A stretch of DNA of 64,000 nt. Source: Podarcis pityusensis. Lineage: Eukaryota. Shown piece after piece: positions 40,590 through 52,972 of this stretch (positions are counted from its first letter, which is position 1; the number at the start of each line of letters is the position of its first letter). The DNA lies in assembly GCA_964106645.2 (NCBI GenBank), contig OZ067048.1. The stretch is one strand, 5' to 3'. Below the pieces are notes generated by a model that had not been told where the DNA came from, made no database searches, and worked only from the letters and a program-made list of their open reading frames with translations. The position numbers were made by a program, and so were the translations under genes.

Positions 40590-42210
40590 AGGTGAATTAA
40601 GTTCTGCATCAGCTGCAGCCCCTGGATCAACCCCACTGCAGTAATCCAGCCATGAGTTGCCAATGCATGGACCACTGCATGGTCAAACTATTCTGATACA
40701 GGAATGTCCATAGTTGTCTTAACAACCAAAATTAGCATACGACACTCCTAGTCACTGTGGACACCCATCTAATGACAGACCTAGATCTATGAGCACCCCC
40801 AAAATCCACTTCTGTCCCTTCAAAGAGAGCACAACTCTATCCAGAGCAGGCAACTTACCAACTTCCTGGTCCCATCCATCCTCCATTTTGCAAAGATTCA
40901 GACTCAGTTTATTAGTTCTCATCCAGTCCACCACTGCATCCAAACACTGGCTCAGAGTCTTCTCAGCCATTCCTGATTGAGATGTTACTGAGAAACAGAG
41001 TTGGGTATCAACAGCATATTGATGACACCTTGCTCCAAAATACCTAATGGCAACTCCCAATGGCTTAATGTAGATGTTAAATAGCACTGGAGACCCTGTG
41101 GTGCCCTATTGCTTAAAAGCCATGGGATTGAGAAGTATGCTGTGTTCTGAAACCATCCCTGGAGATGACACCAGAACCACTGCAGAACAGTGGCCCCAAT
41201 ACCCATCACCTGTAGATGACCCTACAAAACATGGTTAGGTGGGACATTGGAAACCTCACTTCGAACACCATCAATCCTGGCATCTAGCTTGCTGTGAAGG
41301 TAACCAACTTTGCCCTCAAAGCAATGCACAGAGGGACCCTCAGGTGTCTCAGGCTCCGTCTACCAATATAGGTATCAATAGCCTATGGACCACTCTGAAG
41401 AGCTCTGCTAACCAATTTATCAAGGATGTGATGGAAGCAGCAAAGTGAGCCGCCTTTGCTGTGTTCACTTCCACATAGTAGGCAGGATTATGTGCTCTAG
41501 CACCTGTTTGGTCATCTTTGCAGTGAGACTTCTGCCACCTGCACATTAGCCATCACCTAAACTGTTTCATTACTTACAGCTTCCCAGTATACTAGGGTGC
41601 CAAACATGCTCCACAGGGGCTCAGGCATGATTATATCTACAGCCTTCTGAGTCTCACAATTCCATTGGCCTCAACAGGATTGCCAGTTCTATCCACCAAA
41701 AAATCCCCCAGAGCATTCAGGAATCCATTGAAATCCATAAGTCTCCAGGGGTGAACCATAATAGTGGGTCTTCCATCCCTACAGAGGGAAGTTGGTACCA
41801 TTAGCCCAACCCCACCAGGAAGTGGCCTGATCATGACTAGGGGGCACAGAAACCCTTCCTATTTCCAGACCATCACCAGGGGCAAAAAAACAAGTTGTCC
41901 TGCACTATGGGTCAGGGTTGCTAACCACTTGAGACAGCCCCATGGTTGTCATGGATGTTTAAATCCCTGGGACAATATTCCTAGTGTTCTCCAATGTGAC
42001 ACCAGAGGCTGCTTGCATTAGCTCTGTTAGGGAGACTACTGGGCAACAGCATCGCCAGTCTCTCTCTCTCTCTGGTTTGACACCAAGTGTCAAACCAAAG
42101 ACCAGCGCCCGAATGAAGATGTCTCCTGGTAAGCATGGCCGAAGATCAGTGAACCACAGCAACACCCCCACCTTGATCCCCGAGGCTGTGCTTATCCTGC
42201 ACCAAGTTAT
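40590..42210 (-). mobile_element. Decayed L2 LINE ORF2 (APE endonuclease and RT remnants)
   Basis: Minus-strand peptides GGGVAVV and GD.NIH (APE), LFNIYIKPL..CHQYAVDTQL (decayed YADD), DWMRTNKLSLN, VVHAL; boundaries approximate. Confidence 0.85.
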
Positions 42211-42287
42211 GCTGAATAGATGTCACAAGTCAGTGTTGAATGATAGAATGTTAAAAAAGATTGACAATTTGTCTCTCTCTCTGCTAG

Positions 42288-42389
42288 ATGAGATCAACTG
42301 GCCAGAAAAAGATGAAGCACCACCTCCGGATGCCCAGGAACTGATTACTTTGCTTCTGAGACAAAACCCCTTGGAGAGATTGGGAACAG
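42288..42389 (+). CDS. MAST4: MAST4 exon 15 DEINWPEKDEAPPPDAQELITLLLRQNPLERLGT
   Basis: ctctgctag acceptor, G|gttaga donor; 102 nt. Confidence 0.95.
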
Positions 42390-44120
42390 GTTAGAAAGCA
42401 GGGTTTTTAATACTCATGTTTACCAAGATGATAGACATAGTATCTTCTTGTTTTGAGCCTTTTATCTTGCTCTTTTTGACTAAGAAATGCCTTACAGTGA
42501 ATGCATTATGAACATTTATTACAAGGGCAACATCTAGTTTTGTTTCACTGGTAATATTTTAAGGAAGCAGTCATTTGACCAGACTCCGTAGTGTACTGTT
42601 CCTGTTGTGCTTTTTCAACATATTTTGATGAATACTGAGACTGCTTTTCACACACTGAACATATTTTCTTAAGGAAAATGCCAGTGACAGCACTTCTGCA
42701 ACCTGAGATCATAATGCCTGCAAAGGGTCAAATGTAGGTTTGTATAGACAATGCTGTTTCCCAATCACATCACAGTCTATTAATAGATCCTCAGTTCTTC
42801 CAGTTCTGAAAGTGTATATTTGTTTTTTGTTTTTTTTATTATTAAAATTTTAATTGAAAGTTCAAAAAATACATAACCATCTGTGCACCAAACACGGTGA
42901 GGCACAAACTAAAAAGAAACTGAATCCATGCAGCAGGGAAAACAAAGAGGGGAGGAAACCCGAAACTGTATGTTTGTGATGAAAGCAACTACTCCTATTA
43001 AATATCCTGGAGTGGTGTTTGTGATGATGGAATGGACACATATCCACCCTGTGGGTATTTCACTAAAGTTTCTGCTTCAGGCATTGGAAGACATGCTACT
43101 GGGTCTGAAATAAACGATCTGTGGAAACAACTGAAGTGCTAATCAGCAGTGAGATTCTGGAAGTCCTATGCTGAACCCTTTTCTGTCACTGATCTATGTG
43201 CTTTGGCTACTCACTCAGTCCACCTCACTCATACATACAGAAGAAGCCATACATAACCCCATTCCTGAACTCTGTAGTGATATACAAACCAAAAGGCACA
43301 GAGGTGGGACCATTTCTTCCCAAGGGGGACCATAGCTACTACTCTCCTGGCTGTATAATGCATCTTGGCACCCATAGCACATTGACTGAGCTGTACCAAA
43401 CTTTAAGGAAACCCATACATCTCCCACTATACGGAGGCAGTGTCTAGTAATTGCACTTCAGCAGAGAGCCCAGACTGGCTGGGTCCTCTTCTATAGCATA
43501 TCAAAGTTTACATCATGGTTAATCAATATAGAATGCCATTTTCATGTGCCATAGTTGACGCTGTCAAAACAATTATCTCAGTAGATGCTAGTGTGAGTGA
43601 CTGAACTTTTCTTTTGACTAATACAAAGAAAAGGCTTGAGTTTGAGTCACATAATGCTTTCTTATCCTCTTCATTCAGTGCAATTCTTTTGCAGAAGCAA
43701 AAAACAGGAGAAATTGAAGGAGATAAAAGGAAAGGGGTGATGAATACAGCTATGTCTTTTGTACTGCGGACTGGCTGTAATTTGTGCTCCAGTTTTTCAT
43801 AGAGAGATTGATAATGTGCTGGTAATAGCAGTGCTGGTTGCCTTGGTTTGTGATAAAGTTGTGCGTATAAAAAGAGACCGAAAAGTGTTTCTTTGAATGA
43901 CAGTCTTATGCATTTAGAGAATGTGCATTTGTGTTGGGGGTGAAAATTTGACAGTCACAATTTTTGGTGAGTCTAGATTGTTTGACATTTGGAATGCTGT
44001 GCAAAAGTGACTTTTAAAAAATTGGAAATAATATTGTTTTGGAAATTAATGCATTTGGCATTTGCCTAAAGCCAGTTTTCAGATTTTGGTAAACTTCTGA
44101 CTTTCACTGTTATTCTAGAT

Positions 44121-44745
44121 CAGAGGTTCTCAAACTCTGGTCCATGGCCCACTAGTAGTCCATGAGATTCCTTCTGGTGGTCTGCAGTGTATCTGTGGAT
44201 TTGGTTCTTTTTATTGTTATTATTTATGGGTCCCTCCGCCCCCCAAAATACAAGCATACATTGGTTTCCAAAGTACTTGTAAATTACATTTTTGACAAGT
44301 ACAACAATAACAAAAACCCATTAATTCTTCCCTTCCCTCCCCCCTAAACATTTCAGATAGCCAATCTGGACCAGGTTCACAATATAAAAATAGAGGATGA
44401 AAAACACAAAAGGCATAATAAAAACAAGAATAAAAAACCAATACCCCCCCAAGGTCTTCTTAGAAAGTCAATCTATAACTGTTATGTAGTGTCTGGATTT
44501 GTGATTGAAGAAGAGACGGCACCTTCACCATATAAAATATTCGTATAACTTTTAATTGTATTTTTATTGCTTCTTTTAAAATAAAAAGAAATGAAAGAAG
44601 CTATAAAGTACAATTAAAAAACATACAGCATCTAGCACAGCACATTACAATTGCTAAAACAGGCAAAAAAAGAATCATTGTATTAATCATGAATTACCCA
44701 CCAGCAATTTTCATGTCTGTAAGAAAAAAAGTTTGCAAATTACTG
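44121..44745. mobile_element. hAT-type non-autonomous element with 8-bp TSD and an AT-rich internal insertion
   Basis: CAGAGGTTCTCAAACT...AGTTTGCAAATTACTG ends; TTCTAGAT at 44113-44120 and 44746-44753. Confidence 0.75.
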
Positions 44746-45505
44746 TTCTAGATACTATGCAAAATGCTGTACCTGTTGAGTGCAGCAACACCAAAGAATT
44801 GGCTAACCAGTTCAATCCAATATATATAATTCAGCTCCCTTTCCCCTCTCCATTGCATCTTGGCCCAAATTGTCCCCTCAGTGTACAACTACCAAAAAAT
44901 AAATTGTTTTTAAGGAAAAGGATAGCCTTTTTAACAGGGAGTAAAGTTTAAAATATAGACAACAAAATGAACATCAAATAAAAATGCAAGATCACCAATG
45001 TTTATTTCCCAGTGTGTTGTTAATATTATTTCATATGACATAGTGGGTGTTTTTATTTTTTTCGATATCACAGACATTGTGTTGCTTCTAAATTACCTGA
45101 GTTCAGGCTATCCCTTGAAGAAGAATATGAAAATGTAGTTCACAAAAGTAATTAAACAGTTGGTAATATTCACAGACTATTTTTTCAGTATTAAAACAAA
45201 TATTAACGTCCTTTCATTGGCTCAAGCTTCTAATATATTCTTACTGGTTTGTTTAATGCTTTGCTTCTGTGTCAAAGTAAATACCGGTTCTGGTGTACGT
45301 TTTACCTACTTAAGATGGACTGGGAAGCAGTCTCAAGTTTTTGTAGTTTGTTTTTTAAAGACAGGTTAATCCAAGATAATCATTTAAAAATAAACGACAA
45401 CATGGCAACCGTTTTAGAAATAAATGGTATTATTATGTTAAAATAAATATGACTGAATAATTTATTTGTACAATTAATCCAGACAGGCTTCTCTTGCTCC
45501 CCCAG

Positions 45506-45628
45506 GTGGTGCTTATGAGGTGAAACAGCACCCGTTCTTCCAAAACTTAGACTGGAATAGTTTGCTGAGACAGAAGGCAGAATTCATTCCTCAGCTGGAA
45601 TCTGAAGATGACACAAGCTACTTTGACA
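45506..45628 (+). CDS. MAST4: MAST4 exon 16 [12 protein letters not shown]...[17 protein letters not shown] (AGC C-terminal domain)
   Basis: ctcccccag acceptor, A|gtatgt donor; 123 nt. Confidence 0.96.
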
Positions 45629-45772
45629 GTATGTTTAATTTTCTACAGAAGCGATAATTTTAATGCTATGTTTTACTGCCCTAGAAGTTGAATGTATTAA
45701 CAAAAATAAAACTGTCCTTCAGTTAGTTTTCAAACTACTGTAAATTCTGACAGATTGTCCTGTATTTTATAG

Positions 45773-45885
45773 CTCGTTCTGAGAAATACCATCACATGGA
45801 AACTGAAGAAGAGGATGATACAAATGATGAAGATTTTAATTTGGAGATTAGGCAGTTTTCCTCATGTTCACATCGATTTTCAAAA
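45773..45885 (+). CDS. MAST4: MAST4 exon 17 [38 protein letters not shown]
   Basis: ttttatag acceptor, gtaagc donor; 113 nt. Confidence 0.96.
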
Positions 45886-46849
45886 GTAAGCATTTGCATG
45901 TAACATAAGATATACCATATTTGTGGTGAGTGTAATGCATGAGAAAACAGAAGAAAAGTGTAGTGGTGAATTATTGAGAGGCATTTTTGGCACGTCCATT
46001 GAAGGGTTTTTAAAAAATGATCTTCCTGTAAATACTACTACTGTTAATTTATTATGGTTTACTTTACTAGGGCTGTTTGAGAAAACATCCAAATTATTGG
46101 ATATTAAGTAAATATATAAGTAAATATATTAGCATTATGCATTTCAGTTCCGTTGAACAAATACAAATATGGTCACACTCCATAGCAAACCCTAAGCTAG
46201 GGGTTCACTTTCTTCCATTGTACCCAGCCATATCATTTGTCAAAAAACAGTAAGTGTCCCCCCCACTCTGCACCTTTAACTTGCTCCTTTGTGAGTTCAT
46301 CATGTTTCCATATGATGAGTATGTGAGATCAAGAGGAAAGTAACTAAAAGCATTGCTCCTGGATTTTTAAAGTGAGAAAGTAATGAAGAAGAGACCCCAT
46401 ACGAAAATAGTAAAAGCTAATATTTAGGTCTTAGTTCAGTTTTAACTTATCCAAAATAAGCTTCTGCAGTTTTGAGCATAATTATTGCAATATTGAATAT
46501 ATAAAAATGAATATTCTGGGTGGTTTAACTTAGTTATTCCTTAGTATAGCATGAAGGACTTAAGGTGAAACTGTGAAGCTCTCTCGTTATTTTTGCTATT
46601 GGGTGTTGCATGCTGTTCTATTTATAGTATTGGAATGTGTTTTTCTGTATGTTACTATATTTGCTATTGTTTTGTTATGTTGTTATGTAAATGTGGGTAT
46701 GTTATTGTTTTGCTGTGTTATAATGAAATTGTTTTGTAGTGTGTGTTTGAAACGTATCCCTGTTTCTTGGTTGCAAACCTCTTTAAGCATATTTCTGTGC
46801 ATAGAAAAATGGTATACAAATAAAGTGAATGAATGAGTACGTAAGCATA

Positions 46850-47736
46850 CAGTGAGGGGGATAAGTGTTTGATCCCCTGCTAAATTTGCCCATTGAGTTT
46901 GCGAGTTGAGTTGATGGCAAAAAGCTCGATTTTGGTCTCATTCAGATGTGCATTGGCAAACTGCAGATGGGCCTGTACATGTGCTGTCTTGAGCAAGGGG
47001 ACCTTGCGGGCTCTGCAAGATCCCGGTCCTTCACGGTGTAGTGTGTTACCAACTGTTTTCATGGTGACTATGGTCCCAGCTGCCCTGAGATCATTGACAA
47101 GTTCCCACCGTATAGTTCTGGGCTGCTTCATCACCATTCTCCTGATCATTGCAACTCCACGAGATGAGATCTTCATGGAGCCCCAAACCGAGGCAGGTTG
47201 ACAGTTATTTTGTGTTTCTTCCATCTGCAAATTATTGCACCAACTGTTGTCACCTTCTCACTAAGTTGCTTGGCAATAGCTTTGTAGTCCAGTCCAGCCT
47301 TGTGAAGGTCTACAATCTTGTCCCTGACATCCTTAGACAGCTCTTTGGTCTTGGTCATGGTGGCTACTTTGGAATCTGCTGGATTGATTGCTTCTGTCGA
47401 CAGGTGGTTTTTGTACAGGTACTGTAACGAGCTGGGATTACAGGTAAAACCTCTTCCTTACAGCAGGTGCTTCTAATCTCAGCTCGTTACATACGGTGAA
47501 GATACCTGGTAGCCTGACATCTGGCTAGTTGATAGGGGATCAAATACTGATTTCACTCATTATAATGCACATCAATCTCTGACTTTTGTCTTCTGGGTTT
47601 CTGGGGGTTTTCCTGTTGTTATTCTGTCTCTCACAGCTACAGTAAACCTACCATTAAAATTATGGACTGGTCATTTCTTTGTCAGAGGGCAAAAGGGCAA
47701 ATTTAGCAGGGGATCAAATACTTTCCCCCCTCACTG
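46850..47736 (-). mobile_element. Internally deleted IR-DR Tc1 DNA transposon with transposase pseudogene
   Basis: 42-bp terminal inverted match (3 mismatches), TA TSD, inner direct repeat at 47534-47548; minus-strand [22 protein letters not shown]...RKVPLL paired-HTH region, frameshift near 47175, DDE domain deleted. Confidence 0.93.
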
Positions 47737-48809
47737 TAATTATGTCTACCCCGAGTACACTCTTGTTGTTTTTAAGGGAAGGGCAGGAGTAGTTTTAACA
47801 TCTTAAAATATGTATGCTTTTTATAGTTTGTCTGCTATTGCAGTACCTTCTCTAAACCCCTGTGATGTGATGGGCTATATGTGTAAATAAATAAACTCAG
47901 TGGGTGACTGTATACCATTTCCAAATGCTTTTTGCAGAATATGATTAAATGCAAGGGATTTTAAAGTTTCTGTTCCTCTTGTGCATAGTTATATACTTCC
48001 CTGTCTGTAGAAATCCATAATCCCCATTCATCTGTAGAGGCAATTTAAGAATGGGCAAGCGGGAAAAGCAAGAGAAGGTCTTGCTTTCCGTCTAGTGATG
48101 TTAAACCTTTGTCATGACTTGCAGCAGGAATCCAATTCTCAAACAGCAAGAAGCATTTAAATCTTCTCTTTGTGGATGGCTTCTGTGCATTTGTAAGATA
48201 GGATACTACAAGAATAGTATGATACTGATATCTTAAAAGCTCAACTTTTTTCATTGCAAACAAGCTCAATATGCAGGTTGTCAGATAAACAACTGGCTTT
48301 TTTATGCCCCCCCCCACCAAATCTCTAAATCATTTAGTCAAGTAATTTATTCTCATCTTCACAGTCAATTTCAGCTCACTCTCCCTACCACTTTGCATTC
48401 CTGAGTGATGGCCATTACATGACTTGCTGATATTTTTGTTTTCGTTTTTTCAGTGACTTTATGGTTAAGAAGTATTTGAGATATGCACCGATCCTATGAT
48501 ATAAAAATCCTGAAGCATCTATAGGTTTAGCATGCATGTCCATAGTACATAAAGTCAAAGGTGAAGAAGAAATGAGATGAATTCATGACAGAAAAGATGC
48601 CATTAGCTACCCTGTTGCTTAGCAAAGATACCAAGGAGAGTAGAATTGAAAATCATTTTAAGAACTTCATCTACTGAAGTCCTTTAAAACTCCAGGATAC
48701 TGCCTATAAGTATTTAGAGCATGCAGAGCTCTGCGTGATATGTATTTTTCTGAAGTTCTTTTAGATACAAACAACTGTTAGCTATCATTTCTTTTGCCCC
48801 CATGCACAG

Positions 48810-48937
48810 GTTTTTAGCAGTATAGATCGAGGAACTCGAAATCAAACTGCAGAGAAGGAAGATACAACAGAGAGAACAAAGAATGTAGTACTAACATCTG
48901 CAGAATCTTTAAGCTGGAGCTCAGAATATTCTGAAAT
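48810..48937 (+). CDS. MAST4: MAST4 exon 18 VFSSIDRG...SLSWSSEYSE
   Basis: atgcacag acceptor, AT|gtaagt donor; 128 nt. Confidence 0.93.
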
Positions 48938-49219
48938 GTAAGTATTTATTTCATATTTGTCCCCTGCCTATAGAGTATGTAGAATTATCATAAAGTAACT
49001 TCACAATAATCCTATGAAGCAGATTAGGCCAAACTATAATGATATGCCAAAGACCAGACATAACATGAGATGTGTACAGTAAGACATTGGTTCTCTCTTA
49101 ACACCATTGTGTTTGATTAATTTTTCTGTTAATGCAACATTGCAAAATTTTGTGTTTTTCTGGTTTTGATTTGTGTTCACCTATTTAATTATATTGTGTA
49201 AATATCATTTTAAATGTAG

Positions 49220-49452
49220 GCAGCAACTATCTACATCTTTGTCTTCTGGTACTGAAAGTTCTAGGCAACGTCACAGTTCAGGGTTACTTCCAAAATTGTC
49301 AGTATCAGCTGAAGGAGATGAAGAAGAATCACCACATTCTGCTGGATCCTGCAAAGATCAAGAAAAGGTTGCATTTGTTAGTGAGGAAATTGTTTTAGAT
49401 GAAGTGGAGGTAACAACTCCAGCAAGCACAATCAGTAGCTCCACGCTGTCAG
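49220..49452 (+). CDS. MAST4: MAST4 exon 19 QQLSTS...EVTTPASTISSSTLS
   Basis: aaatgtag acceptor, G|gtaagt donor; 233 nt. Confidence 0.93.
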
Positions 49453-49879
49453 GTAAGTCTCAAGTATGGAAGTATTTTCTACAGCATGTGTGTTTGGTTC
49501 ATCTGTTTTGTATAAAGTTAGACATTTCATCTGACCTTCTCCTTCTTAAATTCCAAGATCAAAATTACTGTATGTCTTCAGTTTTAGGGCCAAACTACAT
49601 GCGACACAAAATAATCTAAATGGGTAATGGAACATTGGGGATTTCTCTTTTAATAAACAACATACATGGATGGCAGTGACTTTCATGGGCACTGTATCAT
49701 TAATTAATTGCTTTACTCATAGAAATGACTCAGTGTCTTACAGACATAATTGAAACACTAAGACTAATTACAATAAACACAATAAAACATTAAAAGACAA
49801 GCAAATAAAATAATGGTCTAGACTCCTGCCCCATCAAAAGAGGCCACAAATACTTAAAAACTTTTCAAATTAAGTGTCA

Positions 49880-50570
49880 ATAGCACAAGAAAAATGAAAG
49901 TTTTTGCATCACACCTACAACTAGACAAAGATGGTATCAGGGAAGTTTCCTTTGGGAGAGCATTCCTCAAGTAGGGAACCACCACTGAAGAGGCCTGTTT
50001 TCATGTTGCCACCCTCCCCTCCGGACCTTCAGTGGAGGGGGCACTCAGAAAAGAGCTTCAGATGACAATCGCAGAGTCTGGACCAGTTTATGTCAGGAGT
50101 GTCAGTTCTTGAAGTACAGTGGTACCTCGGGTTACAGATGTTTCAGGTTACAGACGCTTCAGGTTACAGACTCCGCCAACCCAGAAATAGTACCTCAGGT
50201 TAAGAACTTTGCTTCAGGATGAAAACAGAAATCGCGCAGCGGCAGCAGTGGGAGGCCCCATTAGCTAAAGTGGTACCTCAGGTTAAGAACAGTTTCTGGT
50301 TAAGAGCGGACCTCTGGAACGAATTAAGTTCTTAACGAGAGGTACCACTGTATTGGGTTCCTGAGCCACATAAGGCTTTATAACTCAAATCTAGCATTTG
50401 AATTAAGCCTGGAAATTAATTGGAAGCCAGTGCAGTTGGGCTAAGGTTGGTGTTACGTGCTCAGAACATCTTGCTCCAGGAAGCAACCTGGCTGCTGAAT
50501 TCTGCACCAGCTGCATTTTCTGAACCATCTTCAAAGGCATCCCCATCTATAGCACACTGCAGTAATGATA
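49880..50570 (-). mobile_element. L2 LINE 3' fragment interrupted by a MITE
   Basis: Minus strand reads ...LHWLPI... and LDYCN-like L2 ORF2 C-terminal remnants on both sides of the MITE; boundaries approximate. Confidence 0.7.
50117..50350. mobile_element. 234-bp Tigger-like MITE nested in L2
   Basis: TIR CAGTGGTACCTC / GAGGTACCACTG, TA TSD; same family as 31169-31410. Confidence 0.9.
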
Positions 50571-51309
50571 TTTCAGAAACTTCAGCCTATAGAACAAACC
50601 TTGGCTACAGCTTGTTGGTAAGAAAGATAGACCTTAAGCATGCTAAGCCAAACCTTGGGTTAGGTGCCACATTGAGCCAAAACCTCTTGAGAGGAGCACA
50701 TTGGATGTGATTTCCTCTTCAGGAGCTAGCATGTTTATGTCAAGACATGATTTGGTAAGTATGATGTGTGAACATGGCCACTGTCAGTGCAGGCTATCTC
50801 ATTTGCTAGTGATCAATTTTTTGCTTATAAAAAAAATTGTGGATCATTGATTAATCAGCTACCATTGTTACCGATGACAGCGTAAATCATCTAACCTAGG
50901 ACTAGACACTTCACATAAAAGTGTAGGATACATTTTGTTCATTGTTAAATTATTATATTTTTAGTTGTATAAGTCTTGCACAAACACTTACATGACAGTA
51001 TAAATTGTGCAGGACATCTTAGCTGTTCACTACTTTCCTTATCAAGTGTATTTATTCAAAGTCTAAAGTTGTAGATTTTCACAAATACAGAGAGTTTAGT
51101 GCATGAAAGGGGAAGGAGACCATTGTTTTGGCTCACTCCTGATCCCTAGACATGGCTAACAATTAAGTCAATAGTGGGCATAATAGTTTAGTGTATGTAT
51201 ATGCTTCTAGAAATGAGATTGTTTTACAGTGTTGTTTGATTCTGCCCCAACCTCTTGGTTTGTTTGTTTGTTCCTTCCTTCAGTTTGTTTGTTCTTTGCT
51301 TTTGTGCAG

Positions 51310-51510
51310 TTGGAAGTTTTTCAGAGCACTTGGATCAGATAAATGGAAGAAGTGAGTGTGTGGACAGCACTGATAATTCCTCAAAGCCTTCCAATGAACA
51401 AGTGCCTCATATGGCTCGTCAGCGATTAGAAACAACAGAGAAAAAGAAAATCTCTGGAAAAGTCACAAAGTCCCTCTCGGCCAGTGCTCTATCCCTTATG
51501 ATTCCAGGAG
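51310..51510 (+). CDS. MAST4: MAST4 exon 20 VGSFSEHLDQ...KSLSASALSLMIPG
   Basis: tttgtgcag acceptor, G|gtagag donor; 201 nt. Confidence 0.95.
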
Positions 51511-51786
51511 GTAGAGATTATAATTATAACTATTAAATTGATGCTTGTATATGCGTGTTTATACCCCTTTCCTGTTCATGCAATGTGATATTAGTACAAC
51601 TTTGCTAGGTATTTAATTTGAAGTAATATTTTTAAAATAATAATTTATTTATTTTTTGTAAATAGGAGAATAATAATTTGTATATGTAGGGATCTCCATG
51701 GAAAAAGAACAGGAAATTTTAATGTAAATGCATCTTTAGATCATTCATTCAGTTTTTAAAAATTCCAACCCAACAAAAGATACATA

Positions 51787-52022
51787 CAGTGGTACCTTGG
51801 TTTAAGAACAGCTTAGTTTATAAACAACTTGGATTAAGAATGCTGCAAACCCGGAAGTAGGTGTTTTGGTTTGTGAACTTTGCCTTGGAAGCAGAACATG
51901 TTTTGCTTCCTGTTGAGTGTGTTCCATTTTTAAATTGAATCCCCCGCTGCTATGGGAAAGCACGCTTTGGTTTAAGAATGGACTTCCGGAACAGATTAAG
52001 TTTGTAAACCAAGGTACCACTG
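51787..52022. mobile_element. 236-bp Tigger-like MITE, related subfamily
   Basis: TIR CAGTGGTACCTTGGTTTA / TAAACCAAGGTACCACTG, TA TSD, different interior. Confidence 0.88.
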
Positions 52023-52167
52023 TATTGTAAATGTTTTGGAAATTTATCTGGATTTGCGGGGGAGAGATTTTTTTTTTAAGTATCTGCTTAGTTTTCTAGT
52101 CTACATATGTAGGATGTATGAACATAAATTCAGAATGTAAACTTATATAGAGGACCATTTGTTCCAG

Positions 52168-52397
52168 ATATATTTGGTGTGTCTCCTTTGGGAAGTCCAA
52201 TGTCCCCCCATTCCGTGTCTTCAGATCCTTCATCTTCTAGAGATTCTTCGCCTAGCCGTGATTCTTCAGCTGCTTCTGCAAGTCCTCATCAGCCTGTCAT
52301 AATTCACACCTCAGGCAAGAAGTATGGATTTACTATCCGAGCAATCAGAGTGTATGTGGGTGATAGTGACATCTACACAGTACAGCATATTGTCTGG
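52168..52397 (+). CDS. MAST4: MAST4 exon 21 [11 protein letters not shown]...[27 protein letters not shown] (PDZ, first part)
   Basis: tgttccag acceptor, TGG|gtaagg donor; 230 nt; carboxylate-binding loop KYGF. Confidence 0.96.
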
Positions 52398-52849
52398 GTA
52401 AGGCTTATGTTTGTTGCTTCAAGTCTACATCCGATGAAAATGGCCCAACATGCTGGCATTCTAACAAGCTATCTGGGTCACCTTGTAGGGGGCAGTATGT
52501 TCATTATATGCCATTCTAGACCTAGACCAATTTTAGAATTTTCTGTGCATCTGCTAAGTGCTGTCTTAACTCAGATATCATATGTCCAGATCCAAAAAAG
52601 TTAATTGCATCACAGTCTGCTGCTTGCAGCTGAGCCACTTGATTTGCTTAGCCCAACATCCATTGGCTTCTCTAATCCATTTTCAAGTTCCATTTTCCAT
52701 CTTACCTGGACACCAAAACGAAATTCTAAAATAATTTTATTTTTTACACCTGCCCATTACACACTCAATTTACATTATCCTTAACTTAGACAAAATCATA
52801 TAATTCCAATAAGATTTCTGGTTCAGAAATACCTCTCTTTGCTTTCTAG

Positions 52850-52972
52850 AATGTTGAAGAAGGAAGTTCGGCTTATCATGCTGGATTGAAAGCTGGTGAC
52901 CTCATCACACATATCAACGGAGAACCAGTGCATGGCCTTGTTCATACTGAAGTCATAGAACTGTTATTAAAG
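52850..52972 (+). CDS. MAST4: MAST4 exon 22 [41 protein letters not shown] (PDZ)
   Basis: ctttctag acceptor, AAG|gtacag donor; 123 nt. Confidence 0.96.

Noticed and set aside
41984-42394. 136-aa ORF running from antisense L2 sequence into exon 15 (possible exonisation)
   Set aside because: The AGs after the upstream (TC)n tract would start exons at 42088, 42101 or 42106, none in phase with exon 15; the ORF start is not ATG. Chance read-through.
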